A stretch of DNA of 64,000 bases from Piromyces finnis finn (Eukaryota; Fungi; Neocallimastigomycota): assembly GCA_002104945.1 (NCBI GenBank), contig MCFH01000029.1, forward strand, positions 496,001 through 560,000. The letters run 5' to 3'. The first letter of the stretch is position 1. Each line of letters opens with the position of its first letter. Under the pieces are notes generated by a model that was not told the origin of the DNA, searched no databases, and worked only from the letters and a program-made list of their open reading frames with translations. The position numbers and the translations under genes were made by a program. Shown piece after piece: positions 1 through 11,819 of this stretch.

Positions 1-3000
1 TATCAGCTTGGAAGAAATGATATAATTATCGTTTATGTACATGCTTTTTTTTTTATTATTACATTTATATTACAATTTAATTCTTAGCTATCGTAGTATT
101 AAATTATTATTAATAAGAAAATTAATTTTGTTTCCTTAAAAAATACGAATAAATAAGAATGTGAAAATAATAATTCTTTTTTTATTTTTTTTATTAATTT
201 ATATAGAAGGGAAAATAAGTTAATATGTAAAAAAAAAAAAAAAAAAAAATTCCTTAATTTGTTATTAATTTTATTAACGGACAATTGAAAATCCATATAT
301 CCTTATATCCATTAAAAAGACTGATTTGTAATAATTATCAATTAATTATAGGAAATATAAGTATTTTTATCATACTCTTACTCATACTTGTAATAGCATT
401 AAAAAAGAATAAAAATGGCTTGCCGTTTTTCACTGTTTTTTTTTTTCTATGAATATAATTTTTATTTATTAATACATTTTTTTATTCTCATATAATATAC
501 CTAAATGTAAGAACAATATATTTTTTAATTTCAATTTTTCATATAGTTATGTTAATATAATACAAATTATTGTAAATATTAATATAATTTTTTTTTTTAC
601 TTGATATATACATTCACATTTTATAATTATAAAAGAAAGTTTATGAAATTTTTTAAAACCGCTCTAATATTCATTTTACAATATTACTTTAAATATAATT
701 AATGGAATTTATTGCATAGCAAAGTGAAATGTTTAATAAAACAATGAACTTTTTTCTTATCCTTTTAATAATAAAAATGTAAACATTATGTATTACAATA
801 TTAAGTATATATTACTAATTTTGAAATAGATAAACAGAAATAGTCATTTAATTAAATGTAACATTTTTTAAGTTGACATCATTATTAATTTACAGCCGCA
901 ATTTCTTTTCTTTTTTTTTACTAAATTAATATAAAACGGCAATTTTAATTTTTTTATAAAATAAATTAACATAAAAAAATGGATAAATTTATTTTTATAT
1001 ATAAAAATGTTATATTATTTAGCCAATGAACTTATTTCCTTAACATCTATTTTTGGTGTAACTTTCATAAATAGAAAACTTTTAATTTATTTCTTAATAA
1101 TTTACGGTAATAGAAAAAGTGAATTTATTATTAAATAAATTATTAATTTTTATATATAATAAATATATATAATATAATTATTTAAGTAATAATTAAAGAA
1201 AAATAAAAACTTAAAATTTTTGGTAATACATTTAATAAACTTTTTAAACTTTATAGAAATAAACCAATAATATTCTTTTAATTATTTCTTAATAAAGGAA
1301 CAAAATGTTATGACACATCTTTTTTTTTCTTCTTTTATTATAATGGATGATGGTGAATGAAAGAAAGAAAGAAAAAGAAAATTATAAAAAAGAACAAATA
1401 ATAGTTATTAAAGTAAAATCATAATATGAGTTTTTTAGTAACCTTTTTTAATGTTTAAATGATAGTTAGTAATACAAAACATTTATATTATAATAAATGA
1501 TGATATAAAAAATTATTAATATATAACTTTTTGGTGAAATAAGAAAATTGTCCATTTTAAAAGACAACAATTTTATTACTATTATCATCAAGTAGGATAA
1601 ATTTAAAGTTGACTATTTTCCCATTTAACATCTATTTTTGCTATTCTTAAAATCTTACATGTAATTGTTTAGGGTTTGGTATTTTGATAGTAATTATAAA
1701 TCTCTCAACTTTTTTTTTTTTTGTTATTAAAACAATTTCATAAATAATTTTTAATTTTAATTAATATATATTATAAAAACAACGGCAATTTTATATATAA
1801 AGATAATTAAATAAAAATTAAATTAATGGTAAATATAGTAAATGAATTTAGTATTGTTAAATATTTTTTTTTAATTCAAGTAAAACAAAAAATCAAACTA
1901 TGATCAACATTTTCCCCAAATACATAGTACAAAATAACTTATCTCGACCAGAATATTTTTAAATAAATAAATAGATAGAATAATAATAAAATCATGAAGA
2001 AAATCATTCTTTTTTTTTTTTTTTTTTATTCTTTATTTAATAACCTTTATTTTCTTCATAATTAGTAAATTAGTTTTTCAATACAATGAAATTTTTATTG
2101 TACAATCCAGAATCTATTTTTAAATTTAAATATTTTATTTCTATATATCTCATTATATTATAATATATAATATATATTTAAAATAAATATATTTTTATAT
2201 TTTTTTAATTAATTCATTAATATTTAATTTATTTTTAATAATTAATTTATTTACCGTTTTTTAAAGATTTCTTTTTTGATTTAATCAACATTTTTAATTA
2301 TTAATAAACTTTATTAATAGGTGCCATTATTTAATGATAATATTAAAATAGAAATTGTTGCATATTATTAAATAATAAAATATTAATTAATTCTTTATTA
2401 ATTAATATTGAAATTATTAATCTTAATATTCTATTTCATAAAAACAAATTCAAAATATTAGTATTCTAATTAATTTTTAACAATACTATTTCTAATTTTC
2501 TTTTTATTATTTTAATATATTTGTACAATTTAAATACAATATATTATTAGTATATTCCTTTAATTTCAATAGGTACTCTTATCCTTTTTTTTTTTAATGA
2601 ATACTATTTTTTTTTTTTTTTAATTTCGATTAGATATATTTAATTCATATTTCAATAATGTATTTATATATATCTATATATAAAATATATAAAATATCCC
2701 ATTTATTATAATTCCTATTGACCTGCTTTTTTTACTTTATTTATATAATATGAAATAAAATATTTATATATTGATAAACTAATTTTTTTAATCATTTCAA
2801 TTTTCATCCTATTTTTTTTTTTTTTTACTTTTATTTTATACTAATTAAAAGTTTATTAAATAATAATTAAATTTTTATTAAATTTAATGTATCAAAAATA
2901 TAGGATTTAAAAAAAATTTATATATATAAATACTATTATTTTTCTTTTAATTTTTTAATTTTTTTTTTTTTTTTACAATTTAATCAAAAGTATATAAGTT

Positions 3001-3423
3001 TAAAAAAAAATAATTTTTATTTGTAAATAATTATTTGTATATTTATAATTTTTATTAAAATATATTTAATTAGTATTTATTAGTTATACTAATATAATAA
3101 TAACAACAGAACATTGTAATATTTTAAAATAAATCAATACAATTAAATATAAACTTTAAAGCAAATTAATTGATACAAAAATTTTATTTATAATTTATTC
3201 ATTTTGTTTATTCCTTAATTGAATTTTCCTTTTTAATTAGGGATAAGAATATTTATAAATTAAATTATTAATTTGCTTTTCATACAAAAATAATACCTTT
3301 TAATATATTTTGAATATATTTGTATATATATCTAACAATATTCAAGATAAATAGAAATAAACGACATAAATTTTAAAATTTTATAAATTCTTTTTTAGTT
3401 AAAAAAAAAAAATTAGAGTCATA

Positions 3424-5245
3424 ATGCAATTATTTAATTTATTTATATTATTTTTATTTGTAGCTTTTACATATGCTACAAATTCAGGTAAATATCATCA
3501 TTATTATTAATGTATATATAGAGATGAATATAGACTAATTTATTAATTTATGGGAAAAATAATATAATAAATAGAAATTGAATTTCATGGTTTAGAAGAA
3601 TTAATTGAAATTGATAAAGAAAGATTACAAGCTTATACTAATGACCTTGATGTAGAAGGTACTATGTTACTTCAACTTAATCTTGATAATGGTCAAGTAT
3701 ACAAACTTAATTCTATTGTTTGTCGTGTTGGAAAAGGTCAATTCAATTGGAAACCACCAGTTTCTATTCCAAATGGTAGTCATGGTGTTTTCAGTTATAC
3801 TGTTTTTGTTGGTGAAGAACAATTTAGTGGTGAAACCTCTAGTATGAAGTTTGGTAAGTATTTTAGAAGAAAAAATTAAGAATAAATATAATGAATAATA
3901 TTCTAATAATGCTTATTTAATTATATATTATATAGTTACTTCAAAAAGCTCAAGTTCTTCAAAGTCATCATCTTCCTCTTCTTCTAGTTCATCATCTTCA
4001 TCTTCTAATTCATCATCTGCTGCTGAAAGTGAAAATGTCTCATCGAACACTCAAACCTCAAATCAAGTTACTGCTCCAGCTAAATCATTAGCTGATGATA
4101 AATCAACTGGTATTATTAATGGAAATAATACTGTTATTGAATCTCAAAATAACTCAACAATTAATCAACAACCAAATCAACAAGTTAATCAACAAAATAT
4201 TTCTAATAATACAAATGCTCCATTACCTACTAATCTTCAAAAAGATTCAAATAATCAAAATGATGACAAAAATAATCAAAATAAAACAATGTATATGTAT
4301 ATTGGAGGAGGTAGTGGTGTCGTTTTTGTTGCCGTTACTGGTTTATTAATCTTTTACAAAGTAAGATCTAAGAGAAGTCTTAACGATTATGAATTTGATT
4401 CAAGACCATACAATAATACTTCTATGGATATTTCTCAAGTTCCAAACTTATTAAACGGTAACTTAACTCCAGTAGTCAATGTTCTCGGATCTCCATCATT
4501 TAATGATACTTCTAAAGGTAGTCAATTTGGTTTATACAATAATAACAATAATCCAAAGTCTTACCGTGTTCCAAATATTGAATCTAATGGTAGTGCTCTT
4601 TTATTATCACCAGCTATTTCTAACTTTAGTAATATGAATAATAGTTACTTCAACGATTCTCAACAAAAGGATAGATCAAAGCGTAATACCTATGAAATGA
4701 TTAGTCCATATGATCCAAGAGAAACTAGTTACCAAAACTTTAGTGGTAACTTTGACGAAAGTTTAGTCTTAGATAATAATGGTATTATTAATCTTAACAG
4801 TAATAAAAATATGAATTTAGGTGTAGATGTTGGTAGAAAGAGAGAACTTCCAAAATCTGAAAACTATTCTGCTAATCCAAGAAATGGTAGTTTACCACGT
4901 AACAGAATTCCAAATGATATTCAAGTACCATTAGTAAGTGATGGTGATGAAGAAGAAAACAAAAAGAACTACCGTTCTTCAATTTTAAGTTATATATCTT
5001 CTAACCGTGGTTCATACTATGGTGCTGCTCAAGCTGAACATTCCATTAGTCATATTTTATTAAACCAAGTATGTACTGTTGCTTATGCTTCACAACCAGA
5101 AAATGATGATGAATTATATGTATGTGTTGGTGATAAAGTTAAAATTTTAGAAGTTTACGATGATGGATGGGCTTATTCATTACACATTTCTTCTGGTTTA
5201 GAAGGAATGATTCCAATAAATTGTACTGCCGAATACTATCAATAA
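3424..5245 (+). CDS. Type I membrane protein: signal peptide, Ser/Asn-rich stalk, single TM helix, C-terminal SH3 domain (Fus1-like architecture); 3 exons
   Basis: Exons 3424-3487 (MQLFNLFILFLFVAFTYATNS, signal peptide), 3575-3853 and 3936-5245 join in frame through GT..AG introns. TM segment GVVFVAVTGLLIFY. SH3 motif AYASQPENDDELYVCVGDKVKILEVYDDGW...GMIP at the C-terminus. Confidence 0.85.
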
Positions 5246-5903
5246 GTTTAAAAACCGTTAATTTAATAAGTAATAATAATAATACCCTAATCGATAAAAT
5301 TATTATTATTACAATTATATTTTTTTCTTTATTTTATTATCAATAAGACAATTATTTTGAAAAAGAATAAATATATATTATTTTACAATATAATATATAA
5401 TTTTATATTTTCAATAATAAAAACAAATAGCAATTAAAATAATTATTATTAACTTATAGGTTATTAATAATAATAAATCACGCAGTATTTTAATTGTATA
5501 TATTATTATACACATCACATCCATTCATTTTAGAAATTTTTTTTATTTATATATCTTTTTTTTTTTTATTTATACTTAAAAAATTTAATATGTGTTGTAC
5601 AATTGATAAAAAAAAAAAGTTTTATTTTTTATATTTATTATTTTTTTTATATTAAAGAATATTTAATGGTATTCCTTTTAATCATGTAAAATAAAAAACG
5701 ACTCAAAATCTTTTTAAATAAATATATAGTGAAACAAAGTACATAAAATAGAATAAAAAACAAAACTACAAAAAATATTCTTGTTATGTTGATGATATTT
5801 ATTACACTTTTTTTTTTTTTTTCATATTAATATATCAAAAGGCACGACTTTTAATATATATATGTATAATTAATTTTAGTACATAGTAATAAAAAGTTAG
5901 GGT

Positions 5904-5927
5904 ATAAAGTTTAAAATATTTAATGCC

Positions 5928-5982
<55 letters not shown>
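5904..5982 (+). mobile_element. Extremely 5'-truncated LINE copy (27 nt of 3' end plus A52 tail)
   Basis: 5904-5930 ATAAAGTTTAAAATATTTAATGCCGTT matches the 3' end of the full LINE (11645-11671) at 26/27 nt and is followed by poly-A. GTTAGGGT is duplicated at 5896-5903 and 5983-5990 (up to 13 bp if the upstream AAAAA is included). Confidence 0.85.
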
Positions 5983-5985
<3 letters not shown>

Positions 5986-6016
5986 AGGGTGGAGATAGCG
6001 GTTAGGTTAGAAAGAT

Positions 6017-6263
6017 CCCTCTTGGGAACGTGCCTTCATTTATTTAATAAATGTAGTTTCTCAAGGGGGTCTACTCATGCTCATGGTACTGAGAGAGTAG
6101 AAAGAATTAAATCCAAGTATTGCGCAATGGATGCTTGGTGCCCTCTTAGGAATGTGCCTTCATTTATTTAATAAATGTAATTTCTCAAGGGGGTCTACTC
6201 ATGCTCATGGTACTGAGAGAGTAGAAAGAATTAAATCCAAGCATTGCGCAATGGATGCTTGGT
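6017..6263 (+). repeat. Two tandem ~124-bp hairpin-rich monomers at the LINE 5' end, plus a partial third motif at 6294-6308
   Basis: 6017-6140 and 6141-6263 differ at 4 internal positions. GCTCATGGTACTGAG recurs a third time at 6294-6308. Confidence 0.95.
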
Positions 6264-6906
6264 TAGTCTTCAAGGGAAAATTATTAGGACTAAGCTCATG
6301 GTACTGAGCGATTAAAAAACATTTTATTCATCAAATTTAAGTATTTGATGAATAAGTGAATGTTTGATTTTTCAGGTAAGTTTGTATAGTATTTAATTAG
6401 AAGAGTAATACATTTTGTTGCTGTATTTTTTCTTTTATTCATGTATTCATGTAGTACTACTCTTCTCTTGTAAGAATCCAATGTAGTCAACTTTAGCATT
6501 TGCATTGTACTTTTATATTCATGTAGCTATTGTTGTATTGTTTCTTGTAAGAGACTGATTCACTCTACATCATGTAAAAATACTATTCACAAGCTTTCTG
6601 GTGTCGACATTCTTGATTCAAATTTTTTACCAATTTAAATATTTAATGAAAAGTAAAGTCAAACAAGTTTAGTGTCAAAAAGCGAATCGAATTTACTAAC
6701 AACAAACCAAAACTAGAATTTTTAAAGAAAATTTACAACTAGAATTCAAAAAAAGAAACTTTAAACAAAGCATCGTAACAATTTTTGTACTATCCAGTAC
6801 TTTTAAGAAGAGAGAGAGAGACAGATTTTTTTCCATATACGTTATATTTGTAATTTTTATTAGTATTTATTTTATATTCAATATTTTTTAATTAGAATTT
6901 ATTATC

Positions 6907-9900
6907 ATGTCAGTCCTTTATATTAAAGATAAGAATTATATCAGACGTGGTACCCGGTCTTATGGTATCCCCTTAGATGATATTCGCTCCTTCTTTATCC
7001 GTGGTATTCGATCATGGTCAGTAAATATGCTATGGGAAAAACTCGAGGTTATTCTAGAAGATAAACTTAATTCAGTTATTAGTGTTAAATATTTTCAAAC
7101 TTTCAATGATCACTTTTTCTTAGTCAAGGTTCATGGTTCATCAAAAGATTGTATTAAAATCTTACACATGTTAAAGAAGAAACTTTCAGTTACCTCAATT
7201 TCCTTTTCAGCTCGTAGTAGAAGGAATCACAAATACACTTTTTCCACTCTCAAACGTAAAATTTTAGTTTCTAATAAACATCAACATTCTATTCAACAAT
7301 CATTTCAACAATCAGTTCAACAATCAGTTCAACAATCTCATCAACAATCCGATCTTCAACAAGATCTTCAACAGGATCTTCAACAAGTTTCCCATCATGA
7401 AAATATTCCAGATCTACAGCAAACACAATTTCAATCTCAACATTCAACAATTAATTCTAATAGTTCTATCAACTCTGATAACAGTTCAATAGTTGATAGT
7501 TCTTCAGTTTCACAGCCATCTAGTAATAGTTCTACTTATTCCTCTGATGCATCATCCATTAATAACGATGACTTTAATAATAATAATAATAGCAACGATT
7601 CTTCCTCATCCAACAAGCCTGATAACTTTTCTTTTTGTCTTAGTTGGAACACCAATGGGTGGAATCATGAAAAGAGAGATAGTATTAGCTATTTCACAGC
7701 TATTTTCAAACCATTATTCTTATGTTTCCAAGAAACTGGTAATGGTTCTGGATCGAATACAGATTATCCTTGTCGTGTTACTTTGCGAAACTATAGACAC
7801 TTTTTCAAGAAAGCTGACGAATCAGTTCCGGGAATGAGAGGTTTATATTTAGGTTTTCACAATTCGTGTCAAGCCTCACTTGAAAACTTCTCTGGAAAGT
7901 ATATTATTTCTATTTATACTTTTAGTCTCTGGAATAGATTCAAATGCTCGATTGGAAATGTTTATATGCCTCATAGTCATCACAACATCTATGTTGATCA
8001 TGCAAAGTTAGAAGTTCGCTTGTGGTTACAAACTCATTCATCCCATCCATCGATTCTTGTTGGTGATTTTAATATGTCTAAAGTAAAATTATCCAACTGG
8101 TTATCAACTAATGGATTAGGAGATTGGGAAATTCTTCCGCTTAGAGGGTCTACTATCTCTTGGACTCGAGGTGATCAATCTTCCGACATTGACCATGCTC
8201 TTATCAATTCGAAGATGAAAGATCTTATTCACTCAGGATCATTTATAAATAATTTTTATCCTGTATCAGACCATAAGCCACTTCTTATTAATGGTAAAAT
8301 TATTCCTATGGAAGATTTTTCTAATGACTTTAATGTTCCTAAGAAAATTCTGAAATGGAATAGATTAAAATGTATTGAGGAAAAGGAATCTATTCTCAGT
8401 CATAATAAATTCCAAATACTTTCAGCAAAATTCAACGATCCTAATGTTTCTACAGATGAACTTTCCAAAGAGTTTACTTCAACTGCTTTTTCAATTGCAG
8501 ACGAGCTCAGTATTACCTCAGCAAATAATGTTATAAAGTCTTCATTTCATATTTCACAACAAATTTTTAATCTCCAAAAAATCAAAATGAAGTTGTATAA
8601 GAGATTTAAAAAAGAAAGAATTTATGATATAGATGAATTTATTAAAAGAATTAAAATCTACCGTAAGCTCATTGATTACATCCACAAAAGATGTAATGAA
8701 TTTAGGAAACAAGAATATCTTCATTGGATTAAAACAGGATGTGAGTATATGAAGAGTCATAATCCTAAGAAGGCCTGGAAATGGATCAAGAAAACTGCAA
8801 AAATTGGAAAAGATTCTTTCTTTATTGCTCAACCAATTAAAAACAAAAATGGAGAATTAGTTGTTGCTACGGAAGAACAACTAGATGTGTGGCATGATCA
8901 TTTCGAAAAGCTTGCATCAGATCCAAGTGGTGTAAGTCTTGATTTGGAGCATTGGTATGAAGAACCAACGAATAAACGTTTTTCACTCCCTATGCTTGAT
9001 GAATGGGATATCAACCAAGATATTAGTATTGATGAAGTCAAGTCAGCTATCCTCTCTACTCCGAATTATAAAGCATCAGGTCCGGATGGTATTCCAATTG
9101 AATTTTACAAAGCATTAATTCCATCAAGTAATGATTCTAATAATGCTACAGATAATAATTCTTCCGGTAATACCACTTCAGATAATGATGCTTATGGTTT
9201 AAATTTTATTCTTAAATTATTCAACCGTATTTGGGATGGAGACTTCCCCAACTCATGGAATGAATCCAGTATTGTTTCTATTCCTAAGAAGGGAGATTTG
9301 ACAGATTGTGATAACTATCGAGGTATATCACTTATCAATAATGGTATTAAGTTGATTTCCAAAATTGTCACCACTAGAATCTCAGAATATGGTCTAAAGA
9401 ATAATTTCATTAGACCTGAACAATTTGGTTTTCGAAAAAAGGAAGAAAGTATCAGTCTTTTCATTTCAATCCAAGAAATATGCCGTAGACGTCAATTAGA
9501 TAATAAAGAGACATATTTGGCCTTTTTAGATCTCAGGAAAGCATACGATTCAGTCCCAATCGGTAATATTCTCCATAAATTAGATTGTTTAGGAATCCGA
9601 GGTAAGAGTTTACAATTCATCAAAAATTTATATTTAACATCTAAGGCTAATGTCAAATTAGATGGACAATTCTCGAAATCTTTTGATGTGAAGAAAGGAG
9701 TCCGTCAAGGATGCCCTCTTTCTCCTATTCTCTTTAATCTCTTTATTAATGATATATTTAAAGAGTGTGAAGATCTCGGAGTCAGTTTAGGTGACACTCG
9801 ATGCTGTGGTGGACTTTTTGCAGATGATATAGTTATTTGTGCTCCAACAAGAGGATGCTTAAAAAAGATGCTTAGAAGAGTTAATGAATGGGCCTTGTAT

Positions 9901-11433
9901 AATGAAATGGAATTTGGTATCCAGAAGTGTTCAACGATGGTGATTCGTCCTGAATCAATAGAAAATCAGAACAAGAGAGATCCAACATTTTACTTAGCAG
10001 GACAACCCATTCCAACTACTGATTGTTATACTTATCTTGGTGTTCCATTTGATAAGAATCTGTCCCTTAAACCAGTTATTAAAGCTCTTAATAACAAGGT
10101 TTTGAAAGGGCTTTTTTCAGTCAGTAAATTCTTAAGAAATCCTAATATTCCTATTCCCTTCAAAAAGCTAGTACTTAACTCACAAGTGATTAGCAGAGTT
10201 TCATACTTTGCACCATTACTTGGATCCAACAAAGCCAGGTCTAGAATTGCACAGAAGCATGTTAACAAAGGAATACGATGGGTTGCCGGAGTTCATAAAG
10301 CTGTATCGTTTATATCTTTATACTCTATTTCAAAAGATTTGAATATTCCTCCATTGTCAGCCAAATGTGCATTAGCTCAGGTTAGATGTTTTAACAAATG
10401 GAAAAACTCAAATTGTATTATCTCATACCTTGTCAATTACATTCCTAAATTTAGAAAATACACGTGGTGCAAATCAAGTAGGACACTTGATAAAAAACTA
10501 AAGAAACATGGAGATGTTAAAGCAGTTAAAAACTTTTATTGGAAAGATCTCAAAGGGAATTCAATCAAAGCGCAATATTATGATGATAATAAGTTTATTG
10601 ATACTAAAGATTTTATTAAATTATGTTATGAGTACCCAGAGTTTGCCTATGGCTTCTACTGGCTATTGAAAGCAAGAAGCGGATACAAGTTGGATGCTAG
10701 AGTTGCCAAAGCTGCCAAATTTGTTGATCCAGTTTGTCCTAACTACTGTCCATGTTGCAAGTGTGGAGATCAAAGTATTAAACATTGGTTATTAGATTGT
10801 CCAACATTTAGAGATATCCGTATTAAACATTATGATTCCATAGTCCAGCTATTAAATTTTTTCAGTCAACGTAATTCCAATAGTCCTATCAATAATAATG
10901 AAATTGATAATATCAGTAGAGATAGTAATAATATTAATAGTAATAGTAACAATAGTAATAATAACAATAGTAATAGTAACAATAGTAATAATAACAATAG
11001 TAGTAATAGAAATAATAATATTAGTAATGATAGCAATAGTGAAGATAATAATTCTAATTTAGATAGTAATTTAGTTAATGATAGTAATAGTTCTAATAAT
11101 CCGGTGAATATTAATGTGTATGATTATTCTAGTGTGTGCAGTAAAATATTTAAATTCCTTCTTGGGGGAAGAAGTTTTAACAATATCAATTACAATTCAA
11201 GGGAATGGAAAGAACTTTGTAAGCGTCAGATTCAATCTGGTACTAATGAAGGAACACCATTCTTGACGGTAACCGCGGAACTTCTAACCAAAATCATGCC
11301 TTTTGCTATTGGCCAGCAATGGTCAATGTTCAAAAGGTTTGAAGCAACATCCAAGAGCGTCAATGCTGAAGAAACAGTAAGACAGGCCAGGAGGGCCAGC
11401 GCAACCAATGGAGATCATAATTTTGTCCCATGA
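6907..11433 (+). CDS. LINE polyprotein: N-terminal extension, APE endonuclease, reverse transcriptase, C-terminal CCHC zinc motif
   Basis: APE motifs SWNTNG, CFQET, GDFN, DIDH and SDH. RT motifs NYRGISL, FLDLRKAYDSV, GVRQGCPLSPILF, LFADD and YTYLG. CPCCKC..HWLLDC zinc finger. 1508 aa, uninterrupted. Confidence 0.97.
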   Translation: MSVLYIKDKNYIRRGTRSYGIPLDDIRSFFIRGIRSWSVNMLWEKLEVILEDKLNSVISVKYFQTFNDHFFLVKVHGSSKDCIKILHMLKKKLSVTSISFSARSRRNHKYTFSTLKRKILVSNKHQHSIQQSFQQSVQQSVQQSHQQSDLQQDLQQDLQQVSHHENIPDLQQTQFQSQHSTINSNSSINSDNSSIVDSSSVSQPSSNSSTYSSDASSINNDDFNNNNNSNDSSSSNKPDNFSFCLSWNTNGWNHEKRDSISYFTAIFKPLFLCFQETGNGSGSNTDYPCRVTLRNYRHFFKKADESVPGMRGLYLGFHNSCQASLENFSGKYIISIYTFSLWNRFKCSIGNVYMPHSHHNIYVDHAKLEVRLWLQTHSSHPSILVGDFNMSKVKLSNWLSTNGLGDWEILPLRGSTISWTRGDQSSDIDHALINSKMKDLIHSGSFINNFYPVSDHKPLLINGKIIPMEDFSNDFNVPKKILKWNRLKCIEEKESILSHNKFQILSAKFNDPNVSTDELSKEFTSTAFSIADELSITSANNVIKSSFHISQQIFNLQKIKMKLYKRFKKERIYDIDEFIKRIKIYRKLIDYIHKRCNEFRKQEYLHWIKTGCEYMKSHNPKKAWKWIKKTAKIGKDSFFIAQPIKNKNGELVVATEEQLDVWHDHFEKLASDPSGVSLDLEHWYEEPTNKRFSLPMLDEWDINQDISIDEVKSAILSTPNYKASGPDGIPIEFYKALIPSSNDSNNATDNNSSGNTTSDNDAYGLNFILKLFNRIWDGDFPNSWNESSIVSIPKKGDLTDCDNYRGISLINNGIKLISKIVTTRISEYGLKNNFIRPEQFGFRKKEESISLFISIQEICRRRQLDNKETYLAFLDLRKAYDSVPIGNILHKLDCLGIRGKSLQFIKNLYLTSKANVKLDGQFSKSFDVKKGVRQGCPLSPILFNLFINDIFKECEDLGVSLGDTRCCGGLFADDIVICAPTRGCLKKMLRRVNEWALYNEMEFGIQKCSTMVIRPESIENQNKRDPTFYLAGQPIPTTDCYTYLGVPFDKNLSLKPVIKALNNKVLKGLFSVSKFLRNPNIPIPFKKLVLNSQVISRVSYFAPLLGSNKARSRIAQKHVNKGIRWVAGVHKAVSFISLYSISKDLNIPPLSAKCALAQVRCFNKWKNSNCIISYLVNYIPKFRKYTWCKSSRTLDKKLKKHGDVKAVKNFYWKDLKGNSIKAQYYDDNKFIDTKDFIKLCYEYPEFAYGFYWLLKARSGYKLDARVAKAAKFVDPVCPNYCPCCKCGDQSIKHWLLDCPTFRDIRIKHYDSIVQLLNFFSQRNSNSPINNNEIDNISRDSNNINSNSNNSNNNNSNSNNSNNNNSSNRNNNISNDSNSEDNNSNLDSNLVNDSNSSNNPVNINVYDYSSVCSKIFKFLLGGRSFNNINYNSREWKELCKRQIQSGTNEGTPFLTVTAELLTKIMPFAIGQQWSMFKRFEATSKSVNAEETVRQARRASATNGDHNFVP

Positions 11434-11668
11434 TAAAATTTTGATCTTTGGCTCGGTGTCCCATTGGAAGTCAAATACAATTATTATACTTTAGTATGAT
11501 AGTGGCTTTCTTACTTTAATTAAAATTACTAGAATACATTATACCCAATTTTTATTCATTTGTGTTTATTTAAACATATTTTTTTTATTTTTATTTTATT
11601 TTAATTTTTATATTTCATGTATTATAATTTTAATTAAATTAATAATAAAGTTTAAAATATTTGATGCC

Positions 11669-11720
<52 letters not shown>

Positions 11721-11728
11721 TTAGAAAG

Positions 11729-11819
11729 AGTATGTATAATTATTATTTAGTTTGTTCAAAAAATAATGAAAGATTAGTATGTATAATTATTATTTAGTTT
11801 GTTCAAAAAATAATGAAAG
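11729..11819. repeat. 44-bp direct duplication (47-bp period) adjoining the LINE 3' TSD
   Basis: AGTATGTATAATTATTATTTAGTTTGTTCAAAAAATAATGAAAG at 11729-11772 and 11776-11819. Confidence 0.9.

Larger units (their letters stand above)
6016..11718 (+). mobile_element. Full-length non-LTR retrotransposon (LINE, APE-type), intact single ORF
   Basis: APE+RT ORF, 3' UTR ending in poly-A (11672-11718), and target-site duplication AGGTTAGAAAGA at 6004-6015 and 11718-11729. Confidence 0.95.

Noticed and set aside
5923-6171. 82-aa ORF beginning with poly-Lys
   Set aside because: It is a translation of the truncated LINE's poly-A tail and the 5' UTR repeat.
6017-6263. CRISPR-like array, or canonical hammerhead/HDV ribozyme
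   Set aside because: The repeats are adjacent with no spacers. CTGAGAG does not fit the hammerhead CUGANGA core, and no P2 partner or L3 motif for an HDV fold could be found by eye.
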